Below are positions 10,200 to 21,821 of a stretch of 64,000 nucleotides of DNA, piece after piece (the stretch's first letter is position 1; each line of letters opens with the position of its first letter). The notes beneath the pieces are model-generated. The model was not told the origin of the DNA. It ran no database searches and was given only the letters and a program-made list of their open reading frames with translations. Source of the DNA: Sphaerodactylus townsendi (taxonomy: Eukaryota). A program made the translations under genes and the position numbers. Location of the stretch: NCBI RefSeq assembly GCF_021028975.2, contig NC_059427.1, positions 130,820,001 to 130,884,000 on the forward strand. Reading direction: 5' to 3'.

Positions 10200-12468
10200 G
10201 GCCATGTGCTACCTCAGACAAAAGAGTTGAAACATGGCAACAATAACGATTTCGTCTTGCCCTTACCTTTTCATTAAGCAAGGCTGGCGCCTCGGAAAAT
10301 AGAAATGTAGAGCTAATTTTAATATTATTACATTTCTGGCTGGGGAGTATTGTATACCCTCTGGTTGACATGGAGTTTTATTTATCCAGTGCAAATTGAG
10401 TTTGCTACAATGTCTTGGGGATACCAGCTGATGACACACTTAATAAGATGCTGGATTTATTTAGAGATTCCAGCATGGTGGTTAGAAGTGGCAACTTTCA
10501 CGTAGGCTTGTTGATCTTTCGCTTTCTTGGTGTGAGCTTAAAAGCAAATCTCCCTCCCTCTCATGCTCCCAACCATGCTGGGTATTTGGATAAACTGTAT
10601 AGCAGGGCCCAAGTGTATGTTCATGCAATGTGTATGGCAGCAGTTTCCTTAGGGTCCCCTGGCAGCAATGGCTGAATCTGATAAGAGGGCCATTTAACAG
10701 CCCTGTTTCTGGAGAACAGACCCTGCTCTAAGTTGTGGTTGTAGATTGCTTTCACTGTGGCTGGGGTGCAGCCGTACATCCACCATGGATGGGAAGATTA
10801 GTATTGCTGGTGGCAAATCATTGTTTTGCTAACACCCTTCTGGTCATTTCAGAGATTCTGGAAGGTACTGACTTGCTTGGAGTACTGTGTCCATCTGTAC
10901 TACAGGTAGAAAATTCTAGTTAGTTTTGCTACCCTTTTCTGCTTGAGTGATTTGGAATCTGATTAGGACAACATTTAACCACACAGCTTATCAGAATCTG
11001 TACCTGGTATAGCAAAACTTTCCTTTCTTCTTGATAACATGGAGGTGAAAAAGCTTAGTTTGGGAGAGGTTTGGCCATCTATATAGTTCTTTTGTGTGTA
11101 CGTGAATGCAGCTTTTGCATGGAAACGTGAGTGTGTTTGGAATTCATCCTTGATAACTTCAATATAACTTAATATAGGATATAGTGCAGAGACTTCAAAG
11201 CACGTGCTGTTAAGGAAGGCCTCTTGCTGAAGCCCCAGTTGCTGAGAGTTTGACCCACAGTGTGATTGCTATTGCTGAATTGGTTCCTCAAAATGAGGCT
11301 CCCAAGCCCTGTCAAGCTGATCTCTTTCTCTCCCCCTGGTGCTTTTGGCATCTGTAAACATTTTAAGAAACCCTTTTCTCTAGTGTTCTCAAGGTAGAAG
11401 CAAGAAATTTTCTTCAGAGTTCTGGGATTTTTCTGGCTTGTATTTTTCCTCTATCCATTGAAAACCAGACCTGAACCTGCCATGATATATTAGTGCAGTC
11501 GTGAGAAATGGCATAACTATTGAGCCCTGCTGTTCTTTGGCTTTTTCGTTTTTCTTTTCTAACAGCTGCTGAGAAACAGAAGCAGTATGGCAAGCTGAGG
11601 AAGCAAGTTTTTTTTATTGTGCTTTGATAGATTTAAGATGCCGCTGCTACCTGGGCAAGCAATATATAATTCTGAGCATGGCCCTAGAATGTGAATTTTT
11701 TTTTAAATCCACATAGCTGGTTCATGTACAGTTGGGTAGATCTTTTTTGCAAACCTAGGGGGATCCATAAGTTTGCAGAAGGATCCCCAGACTTGGTGAA
11801 AACAGTTAGGGGGTTAATCTCCATCCCCAGCAGAAAATACTGACTGAGATCTAGTGAACTCATGAGATCAGTAGGCATTGTGGGGTTGCCTAGCAACTGC
11901 AGCTTGGGTGAAAGCAGCAGCAGTGAGGAGGAGAGGAAATAGTGCGTGGGAGTAGGGGGAGGGAGTCGACTGGGAAGATCGGGGCCAGTGTTAAGGGATG
12001 GGATTTTCCTCCCCTTTGAGTTTCACTGGTCCCAAGCTTGTAGCAATCATATTACTGGGTTTGTGTGATTTTCCCCCCAAATTCTGTCTGCATTTTCTTG
12101 GGCTCAGAAGCTTTCTGTATTCCCAGTGTTCAAGCCCTGATTTCACTGATTTTTTCCCCATCTGTGGAAGTGGCACAATACTCAAAGTCCTCATTTTCCT
12201 TGTTTAGCACTCTTAACACATTATATTTAATGAGCCAGAGAAGGTGCTGTTAAGGCTGATTCTTAAGCTGTTAGAAAAAATGCCGTTACATGCATAATAG
12301 GTGTATTTTTAATACTTTAAAATCTGTAGAATGCCCTTCAGGTTTTCCTTTCTGGCACTTTCTTTTGATGTCTGCAGCTAGGTTGGACACTTGCTGTATT
12401 GCACTTAGCTCAGCTCTGCTGAGTAGGTCACCATGCTGTAGGTTCTTTTCAAAATTATAGCGAGAGCA

Positions 12469-12620
12469 AGCCCCCTTCCACACATGCAGAATAATGCACT
12501 TTCAATCCACCTTCACAATTATTTGCAAGTGGTTTTTCCTATTTTGCACAGTAAAAGCCAGCTGCAAAGTGCATTGAAAGTGCATTGAAAGTGCATTATT
12601 CTGCATGTGCGGAAGGGACC
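12469..12620. mobile_element. Palindromic MITE, PIF/Harbinger-like
   Basis: ~35-bp TIR CCCCTTCCACACATGCAGAATAATGCACTTTCAAT / ATTGAAAGTGCATTATTCTGCATGTGCGGAAGGG; superfamily inferred from the end sequence. Confidence 0.7.
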
Positions 12621-12929
12621 CCAGACAGACCACGAACACACCAGGTTAGACTTGTGAATCAAACTGGCTTATGAAGCACACTGCACTAGAAGCAGTGAAT
12701 AATCAAAAACACATTGTATTGCCTCACCCACGGGAATGGAATATTCCAGCTGAAGCTGCATGGTGGCTAACTCATCACCTCAGAGATAGTGTCCTGAACA
12801 TTTGGCCCTCCCCCTCTCTGACTTCTCGACTAATCTGTCAAGCAACTGGAGTATCAGTGTGCATGTGAGGGGTGCTGAACCCACTTGTGGAGAACTCTAG
12901 CCCTCTTCCTTTTGGTCTTTTGAGTAGCT

Positions 12930-13924
12930 TGAGATCAGTCAGACAGTCAGGTACTCCCTGCAGTAGTCTGATTTGCTGGAAAAGGTGGTGGTGATTCTGT
13001 ATGCTCATGCTTGTAGTTTCTATTTTCCCTCCTCCCATCCTTAACAGTTAGCTTGGTGAGGTGTAGTATCTGTGCTTGGATGAATAGCCAGTTAGTTACG
13101 CAGGTGTGGTTTTATACAACTTGAGATCTTGATAAAAAAGAAATTTTTATTACTAAACTTCAGACCAAAAGTATAAAAGCATGGGAATATGTAACAAAAC
13201 ACAGTACAGGTAGTACAGAGGACTAGCATATGAAAGGCAGAAATAATACTGCTACGTTCCACTAGTTACTGAGTTTCTGTTTTTGAAAAATGAATACAAG
13301 ACACCCGGGGCTTAAAAAAAAATGCTCTGGACAGTTTACACTGATCAAACTGAACATTTCACTGCTTCCTTCCCAACTGGATGGATTTCTTTGTGACCAG
13401 TCCTGTGTTGGGAAGCTGAGATTCCAAGCCACCTTCAACCATTCATCTTATGTCAGGCAATACTGGTTTTTAGGACTTTAGACTAGCATGTTAGAAATAA
13501 TCTGCGGTCCCTTTTCCTGACTGGACAGCCTAATGATTCTTCTCTCTCTCCCCTCCTTGTCATTATAAAAGTGTGGTTTTCTTTCTTTGAGTATAGCCTG
13601 GGGGTTTTATGGCAGACATCACAGCTAGCCCTGTGTTCTATAACAGAGAGCTCACCTGGTCTTCCTTGGGATGGGCTGGAGCAAGGTGACGCCTACGTCA
13701 TGCCTAGCACTCCTACTTCTGTGTTTGGAGACAGTAGAAATTAATTCAGTTTCTTGGAATGATATTTCTGTCCGGGCTTCTCTCTCCCTGATTTGCTTTG
13801 AACTTGCATTGGCTGTGGTTCACGGTTAAAGAAAAATGTTTATATTGTTTCAGTGGGTGTAATATGGAGTCTGGTATGCAGGATTAAGTTTATTGAACCG
13901 GTTAGCACACATGAGAGACTGACA
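12930..13924 (-). mobile_element. Possible old solo LTR
   Basis: Minus-strand order TGTCAG start (13924), CCAAT (~13808), CATAAAA (~13607), AATAAA (~13146); left end and TSD not resolved. Confidence 0.3.
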
Positions 13925-14143
13925 GTTTACCAGAAGGTCTTTCAGCAAGTGATTATGTCCAGTTCTTAAATGGAACTTAGATAATCGCCTTTATGACACA
14001 CAGACTTCTTTACAGATGTGAATCTTCCTTTTTTTCAGCTATAACCTCTGAACTTTTAACCCTTTAGCTAAATTCTGAATTGGGTTTGGGATTGGGTGGC
14101 ATTCCTGGACCTAAATTCAAGGATCACAGCTTCAGAGATTATT

Positions 14144-14185
14144 GGTATCTGATGAAGGGAGCTGTGACTCTTGAAAGCTTATGCC
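14144..14185 (+). ncRNA. Minimal type I hammerhead ribozyme motif within a Penelope-like element 3' fragment (14144-14210, resumes at 14367)
   Basis: GGTAT-CTGATGA-a-GGGAG(ctgtga)CTCTT-GAAA-GC-TT-ATGCC: both catalytic boxes, helix I GGUAU/AUGCC, helix II with two G-U pairs, palindromic AAGCTT helix III; followed by PLE-like AAAATCTTATTAGTCTCTAGGGTGCTA. Confidence 0.75.
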
Positions 14186-14210
14186 CTGAAAATCTTATTA
14201 GTCTCTAGGG

Positions 14211-14358
14211 CAGGGGTAGGGAACCTGCGGCTCTCCAGATGTTCAGGAACTACAATTCCCATCAGCCCCTACCAGCATGGCCAATTGGCCATGCTGACAG
14301 AGGCTGATGGGAATTGTAGTTCCTGAACATCTGGAGAGCCGCAGGTTCCCTACCCCTG
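14211..14358. mobile_element. 148-bp palindromic hAT MITE, family A, copy 2
   Basis: Identical to 1275-1422; 8-bp TSD CTCTAGGG; inserted in the Penelope fragment. Confidence 0.95.
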
Positions 14359-14852
14359 CTCTAGGGTGCTATAAAATTGAATAGTATTACAGCAGTTTCC
14401 AAACATTTTCAGCATTATGGATTTTACCCTGTGTTGGGGAGTGGTGAATTTGAAATCTTGCTTTTTGTCAGAGGTATAGCTACACAAAATGATATCCAGG
14501 GCAAGAACTAAACTTGTGCCACCCCCCCCCCCCCAACTTCAGATATCCAGTTTTTAAACAACCATATTAAGGCAACACCCCATGTTTCCTGAGATACTTC
14601 CACACACGTCTCTATTCATATGAACCAAATAAAGACGATCTTTAAATTAGACATCTTTACTTCAAGAATCTTTTCAGTTATTGATCATCTCCCTATCAAA
14701 ATTCTTCTTCCCTTCTTCCCCATTATTGGAAAGGAAATTCTTTGAAGGCTAAGATAGCGTGTGGGAGGAGAACTCTTTTTTTGCTCTCGTGAGATCCAAT
14801 AAAATTGGTAATAATGTTATGATTTTCTAGGAAAGATAAGATCTGTGATTCT

Positions 14853-15231
14853 GGAAAGGGAAGGAAAAGGGAAAGGGAGAAAGAAAAGATGGAGAGAGAA
14901 GCAAGGAAGGAAGGAGAGAAAGAGAGAGAAAGAGAGAGAAAGAGAAGCAAGGCAGGAAGGAGCGAGAGAGAGAGAGAAGCAAGGGAGGAAGGAAAGAGAG
15001 AAGCAAGGCAGGAGAAGGAAGGAAGGAGCAAGAGAGAAGCAAGAAAGGAAGGAGCGAGAGAAGCAAGAGAGAAGCAAGGCAGGAAAGAGCAAGAGAAGCA
15101 AGGCGGGAAGGAGAGAGAGAAGCAAGGCAGGAGAAGGAAGGAAGGAGCAAGAGAGAGATGCAAGGAAGGAAGGAGCGAGAGAAGCAAGAGAGAGAAGCAA
15201 GGAAGGAAGGAGCGAGAGAAAGAGAGAAGCA

Positions 15232-15273
<42 letters not shown>

Positions 15274-15286
15274 CAAGGAGAGAAAG
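14853..15286 (+). repeat. Polypurine composite mini/microsatellite ending in (GA)n
   Basis: Recurring GAAGCAAGG / GGAAGGAGC / GAGAGA units, almost no T over ~430 bp. Confidence 0.95.
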
Positions 15287-15430
15287 CCTGATGAAATTTG
15301 TACTGCCCAGAGAAAGGAAGGTCATGCTAAAAATGGAATAATAAAAATTCAGCAGAACAATAAATCAAACTCCTACAAAATTAAAACAAAATACTAATGA
15401 CTTCATCTGGAACCTAAACACCCACTAGAG

Positions 15431-15667
15431 CAGGAATCAGCAACCTTTACCACCCAAACAGCCATTTGGACCCGTTTTCCACGGCCCCGGAAATCTACCG
15501 AGCCGGAGAGGTGGCTCCATACAGAGCTGCCACCAGTTTGGCCCCTCCACTCACTTTTCCTGGAGGAACATGGCCATGATACCCTCTGACCTCCAGGCCA
15601 CACGGAGCTACAGTATAAGGCTGAAAGAGCCGCATGCGGCTCCAGAGCTGCGGGTTGCAGACCTCTG
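15431..15667. mobile_element. hAT (Charlie-like) MITE
   Basis: CAGGAATCAGCAACC ... GGTTGCAGACCTCTG; perfect 8-bp TSD CACTAGAG. Confidence 0.85.
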
Positions 15668-16843
15668 CACTAGAGAGATACCAGGTGAACCTCAAGGGAG
15701 AGTTTCACATCAGGGACACCCAGGGAGAATGCCCTAGGGTTAAAGACTACCTGTAGCTTATATGCATATCAAAAAAAGTGTCAGGAGAAGCCTCAAAGTG
15801 CCACATGAATAGAGCTGCTATTTTTTTCTCACAGAAAACTTGGAGTAAACCTAATCAGAAGTCAGTAACTAGTGCCCAAGATAAAGATGCCTCAGAAGAC
15901 GCTGTCACTGGAACTCATATGGATCCAAAAGCAGGACATTCAGTGTGGCAGTACTGCCAGATGAAGTCAAACCTATATTTTGTACACCTTGGCAGGTAAC
16001 TGGTAGAGGAGAGAAAGATATTTCCATGTTCTAAGGCAACTGTGTCCCTTTCCCAGCTACATAATATAAGGAAAATCTCATACTGGGATAAAAAATCCCA
16101 ATGAAACCAAATCCATGCCATAAGCAAATCAACTGAAAGATAGCTTTGCTCACAATGCTACAGGCACAAAATCAGTGGCATAACCCAGCTTCAGTAGAGG
16201 GTGGAGACAGCAAAGGCAGACAGGAAGAGGGTGGATGACTAGCACAGGGGGCAGGGCGGGAGGGATCCAGTTCAAGAGAGGGGCACGCTGTTCCATCCAT
16301 CCCCTGCCTGGCTGCTGAGCCCTGAAGTAGGGCCTGGATCTCTTCGCCTGACCCTCAGTGGGGCACCTCTGAGCCTGCGGGTGGGTGGCAGAAGCCTGAG
16401 CAGAGGGCGGCAGCAGAAAAGGCAGGTAATTCAGTGTAGAAAATAAATGATGCCACCTGCAGCCTCCTGCTCCAACCTTATGCAGCCTTGTCTCCTGTCC
16501 AACAGTTAGCTCTGGCAGCACCCCATTTCACTGCTGCACTCACCACCTAGGCCTGATACAAGCTGAGTGGAGGGCAGGCAGCTGGCAGTGGTGGCACCAG
16601 AGGAAGCCAGGTGGAACCAGGTGGGAGCCAGTGTGCAAAAGGGGTATGCAGGTGCCCCCGCCCTTCTGTTCAGTTTTCCAGCGGCAGCCTGACTTGCTGC
16701 TGCACCTTGTTCTTCCATGCTCACCTTGGGGCACCAAACCAGGGAGAGGCAGCTACAGGCAGCAGAAGAACTGATCGGGAGGCAGAGGCTGATAAGGGAT
16801 AGGATGCAGGAAGAGGAGAAGATGGCTAGGAACACAGTGCTCC

Positions 16844-17781
16844 CTCATAAACCTGCCACGTGCTGGAAATGTGGGAAAGATGTAGGGACCTTTTAGCATC
16901 AGTGGTGGTTATGTGAGAAAGTAAAAAGCTTTTGGCTAAAAATTCATGAAGAAATACAAAAAATCTTGAAAATTTCGATGAAATGCACTCCAGAAATATA
17001 CCTTTTGGGATGTGTAATGTTATAAAAAGGAAAAATATTAAGACCCTATTTCAGAATCTGGTGAGGGCGGCCAGATTAGTTTTAGCCAAAAATTGGAAGG
17101 GCACGAAAATACCTACTATTTTGGATTGGCAAATGAAAGTGTTGGAATTAGTTAGGGTCACAAAAATAACAGGCTATGAGGATCTTGAAGAAAATAGTAA
17201 CTTTATTGATCAGTGGTCACACTGGATTACATATTTGGAAGAAGAAGAAGAAGAGTTTGGATTTATATCCTCCCTTTCTCTCCTGCAGGAGACTCAAAGG
17301 GGCTTACAATCTCCTTGCCCTTCCCCCCTCACAACAAACACCCTGTGAGGTGGGTGGGGCTGAGAGAGCTCCGAGAAGCTGTGACTAGCCCAAGGTCACC
17401 CAGCTGGCGTGTGTGGGAGTGTACAGGCTAATCTGAATTCCCCAGATAAGCCTCCACAGCTCAGGCGGCAGAGCTGGGAATCAAACCCGGTTCCTCCAGA
17501 TTAGATACACGAGCTCTTAACCTCCTACGCCACTGCTGCTCCTTAGAGAAGAGAAATACAACAAAAATATACTATATTACAGGGAATTTAAAATATGTTC
17601 TTATTTTTATTTTTTCTCTCTATATTTCTTATGATCGAGTATGCACCTTCGGAAGTCAAATCACTCATTCTATTTTACTCTATGTCGATTAATTATTCTC
17701 AATGTTGTATGAAATATAATTGTATAGGTGGTTGATGTATTTTTCTGTTTCTGTATTTATTTTTGGCATACTTTTAAAAAA
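16844..17781 (+). mobile_element. 5'-truncated L1-clade LINE (ORF2 C-terminal zinc knuckle, 3' UTR), split by a SINE
   Basis: CWKCGKDVGTF*HQWWLCEKVKSFW, AARLVLAKNWK..PTILDW; A-rich tail; 16-bp TSD AGGAACA(C/T)AGTGCTCC (16828-16843, 17782-17797). Confidence 0.88.
17238..17542 (-). mobile_element. tRNA-derived CORE-SINE (Squam3-like), young full-length copy
   Basis: Minus strand A box GTGGCGTAGGAGG, B box GGTTTGATTCCC, CORE-like TGACCTTGGGCTAGTCAC, (TTC)n tail; several near-identical copies in the window. Confidence 0.9.
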
Positions 17782-19167
17782 AGGAACATAGTGCTCCAAC
17801 TCCTCATTCTTGGGGTGCGGGAATGAAGAGAGGTGGCAGCCGAATGCACTCCCACCCCCACGTGACACTCAGAGGTTGCACCCAGAGCTTGAGCCCCTGG
17901 TGGCCCCTTCCTGATGATGCCGATGCCTTTTGTTTTGCCTTATCCCAAGGTTTGGCATAACATATATACTATATTTTTGGTATAGTCCCCAATTGTTGTA
18001 ATTTTCCGTTTGATGTGAATCACAAAAGATTGCTTGATTTTACTTTCAAGGGACTATATGTTTGAAACCATCTAAATCTCTACTGGGTGGCTTTCTTCTT
18101 CTATTCAAATTAAACCTGTAAATAAGATATATTCCTTGAATAATAGAAAAGTCCTGTTTATTGTGGCTCACTCCCCCCCTCCCCCTGCACTTCTTTTGCA
18201 TAGAAGGACCACAGTCATGCGTTTGTTAACAAACACTAACAAATACTGGAAACAATTGTCTCAATGTTTTATTAATCAGGCCTGATGAAACACGGAGACA
18301 TTGAGCAGAAAGAGCCATGAATTTATAATGATGTTTTCTAGTCTGTGCTATAAGTGCAGATGAAGGAAAGGAGGATAAATTTCATTTCTGCTGAATTTGC
18401 TGTTTCCTTGAACTTATCACTCTTACTGTTGAACAAGGCTCAATTATTCCACAGAAAGATAATAGTGTGGTCAGTTGAGGTGCAGCGGTCAAGAAAATAG
18501 TGTGCTTCCACATTAGAAAATAGTCTCAAATGAATATGAAAATTATCATTCATTTTTATGCACTATCTTTGTCAAAACCATTATTTTGTACATTACTGAA
18601 CATGGTGTTTTGATACAAGAGCATTTATAGTTCATTGAATGAGTATGACCAATATCTGCCTTTTGCAAACTGTGTCATACTTTTTCTTGGCAAAATGGCT
18701 GACGGAGCAGGAGTGGGCATGCAGAGAGCTCTCCTCACTATTATTTTACATCCAATCGCAAAGGGCTATCCCTGGACTTCCTCAATCACCAACAAAATTG
18801 CAAGGGCAGGCAGGTAGGCCCGCTTCACTGGTGCTGCTGGGTAGTCAGTTCTTCTGTGAGTCCATAGGTCTGCAGAAGAATACCTCCTGTCTGAACATAG
18901 TCCCATTCTCTGGGTCTCTGTTGGTGTTCATGTTATGTATATTAGCAGAGTAGAATAGAAGAGACAGATTCTCAGTTGCTTTTTATATATAAGTTGACTG
19001 ACTATAAAGGGAGGGTTCCATGTAGATAAAATAAGAAATCCTTTATTTCCTGTTACACATCTACATTCTTGTATGTTTGGTTACATCTTGGTACCTATCT
19101 GCTGTCTCGTGCTTGTTGTGGTGGTGCTGGTGGCATGTCTGCTTAAACAAAGAAGCAGAGTTAAATT

Positions 19168-19372
19168 TTGGGTGCTGTGTGGTTTCCGGGCTGTATGGCC
19201 GTGTTCTAGCAGCATTCTCTCCTCACGTTTCGCCTGCATCTGTGGCTGGCATCTTCAGAGGATCAGAAGATGCAGGCGAAACGTCAGGAGAGAATGCTGC
19301 TAGAACACGGCCATACAGCCCGGAAACCAGACAGCACCCAAGTGATTCCGGCCGTGAAAGCCTTCGACAATA
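19168..19372. mobile_element. Penelope-like element, inverted pseudo-LTR fragment with hammerhead remnants
   Basis: ~75-bp inverted arms TTGGGTGCTG...TTTCGCCTGCATCT / AGATGCAGGCGAAAC...CAGCACCCAA plus GAAAGCCTTCGACAATA extension; TSD CAGAGTTAA(A/C)TT (19156, 19373); CTGAAGA...GGCGAAACGT(C/G) motifs. Confidence 0.85.
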
Positions 19373-19717
19373 CAGAGTTAACTTTATTACTTCGGATGTA
19401 CGTGCTCACTAACATTTAAGCAATGGCTATCTGTCTGACCAATAGCTAATCAATAGATCAGGTCATAAATGGAGACTTCAGCAACTTGCTTACATACAAA
19501 CAGTTAACCCTTTTATAACTGAGTTGTGACAGATACTTGCAAAATCCCAACAGTCTCTCAGTCTGCACATAGGTCTGGTTTACCAATAGATACAAAACGG
19601 TCTTTGGCCACAGGCAATATTACACTTCATTTTCTTCATTACAAAGGAAGCAACAGGGTTGGCAAAGCTGTTCGAGGTGCAAAGATGCTTACAAGAGTTT
19701 AAATCCCCAAACAAGTC

Positions 19718-20000
19718 AGAGCATGTATCTCTCATCTGGAGAACCAGGTTTGATTCCCCACTTCTCCACCTGAGTGGCAGAGGCTTATCTGGTGAACCAG
19801 ATGTGTTTCCGCACTCCTACATTCCTGCTGGGCGACCTTAGGCTAGTCACAGTTCTTCAGAACTCTCTCAGCCCCACCTATCTCACAAGGCGTCTGTTGT
19901 GGGCAGAGAAAGGGAATGGAGCTTGTAGGCCACCTTGAGTCTCTTTACAGGAGAGAAAGATGGGGTATGAATCCAAACTCTTCCTCCTCCTCCTCCTTCC
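19718..20000 (+). mobile_element. Squam3-like CORE-SINE
   Basis: B box GGTTTGATTCCCC, GACCTTAGGCTAGTCAC core, ATCCAAACTCTTCCTC tail. Confidence 0.85.
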
Positions 20001-21276
20001 TCCCCAGTTAGTCTGCCACTCTTAGAATTATATGTTTTAGTCCTTTTCCCAGATCTGTATCATCTCCATAACAATGTTAGAGCTGCTTGCAATCCCTGCA
20101 GGGAAAGGCCTAGTTGCCAAAAGGCTGTCTGCTGCCAGATTGGAGCACAATTAAACAAACATGCTTTGTTCAAATATTTTGCAAAGCCTTTGCAAAGATT
20201 AAAGCTTATTATTACTGATCTTAACATTGGATCAGGCTTAACCTCCTGGAACGGAACTGAATCAAACCTAAACAGAGACACAGGAATAGTAGGAGGGAAG
20301 CTGAACTGTGGGTCTTATTTTCTGATGACTCACTTGTGCATGTCAGCTTTTGTAGGTTTGTAAGGAACCCCCGTTGTTGGAAACATAAATAATCTCTGGT
20401 CTGCTGAAAGAGCAGAGGGAGAAAAATGGGATTTGTAAATTGCAGGACAATAAAATATTATGGGAAATGTAATATTATGGGAAATAATAGAAATTCACTG
20501 ATGAAACATGTTGGTTTTTAAAACAAACATTTCACTTTCAGGCTGATAAATATCTTGTTCAAAGTTTCCCAGGACAGTAGAAGATAAAATGTTCCAAAGG
20601 ACATAGTGGAACCCTAGTGGTTAAAATTGGATTGTTAAGATTGTATCTTGTTTCCTCTTCTTGTGTTAGTAAATGGCATGGAAGGATTAATTTGTTCATA
20701 GTTGTCCCTTTGGGCATTTGGGTAAATGATTTAGTGCTACACTGCTTTGTCTGTGATCTTAATGTATTAAAAATTGCACTGAAACATAATGTAGGTGGGA
20801 GGGAGAGGAAACCTGGCATAATAAAAATCTGTCACTTTTGCCCTGCTGGTGAGTGTGCATCTCACCATTCTAATGTGGGGGACATGCACAAGTGGGGGAC
20901 ATGCAAAGGTTTGAGGGAGGCATCTCATTGTACTGTTCCCGACTATTTATTTCTTCTTCTTTTTTTTGTCTTTGGGAGGCTTAGTCTAAATCCAGTCCTA
21001 CAACCTCATGGCTATATCCTAGCAGGTTAACTATTTTGTGAAATTCACTCTGCAAGTGGTCTTCCTCTCAGGCATGACTTTCTTAATTGCAATTCCAGGA
21101 AATTAGGAAGCTTGCCCCTTGGATTCAGGCTTTATGGGTAGACACTGGTGACAGCTACTAAGGCGGGCATTGTGGACCTCCCACTAAAAAAGATAGGCTT
21201 AGACTAGGACATCTTTACAGTGAGGTTTGTAGAAAGATATATTTTGTCTGTCCATTGCCCCATTCTCTGGATATGT

Positions 21277-21584
21277 AGAAGAAGAGTAGAAGAAGAAGAG
21301 TTTGGATTTATATCCCCCCTTTCTCTCCTGCAGGAGAGTCAAAGGGGCTTGCAATCTCCTTTCCCTTCCCCCCTCACAACAAACACCCTGTGAGGTAGGT
21401 GGGGCTGAGAGAGCTCCGAGAAGCTGTGACTAGCCCAAGGTCACCCCGCTGGCATGTGTGGGAGTGTACAGGCTAATCTGAATTCCCCAGATAAGCCTCC
21501 AACAGCTCAGGCGGCAGAACTGGGAATCAAACCCGGTTCCTCCAGATTAGATACACGAGCTCTTAACCTCCTATGCCACTGCTG
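21277..21584 (-). mobile_element. Squam3-like CORE-SINE
   Basis: Near-identical to 17238-17542. Confidence 0.9.
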
Positions 21585-21821
21585 TATCTACAGATGGGGC
21601 CATGTTCAGAATTAAATGCATGTCTAAGTGGGCACTTCTGGAATTTTTGGAAGTGGTTGGAGGCACCATTAGAAAATTGTTGTTGTAAAAGTGGGCCAGT
21701 CATAGAAGCAGGGGTGATCACAAAATGTTGAGATGTCAAGTTTTGGGCTGTGATGGAGGCTGCTGTGTCCAAATGGATGCATCTTCACTTATGCCTTTTT
21801 ACTTTACTGAAGCATCTGTTA

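Noticed and set aside
11989-13047. Inverted repeat TGTTAAGG(G)ATGGGA / TCCCATCCTTAACA as element termini
   Set aside because: No TSD and a single short match; could be chance
14723-15397. Six overlapping ORFs of 79-200 aa (Leu/Ser/Phe- or Arg/Glu/Lys-rich)
   Set aside because: Translations of a polypurine simple repeat that lacks stop codons
16172-17925. GC-rich hAT-like shell around the L1 at 16844
   Set aside because: Only a weak TIR match and no TSD; boundaries cannot be supported
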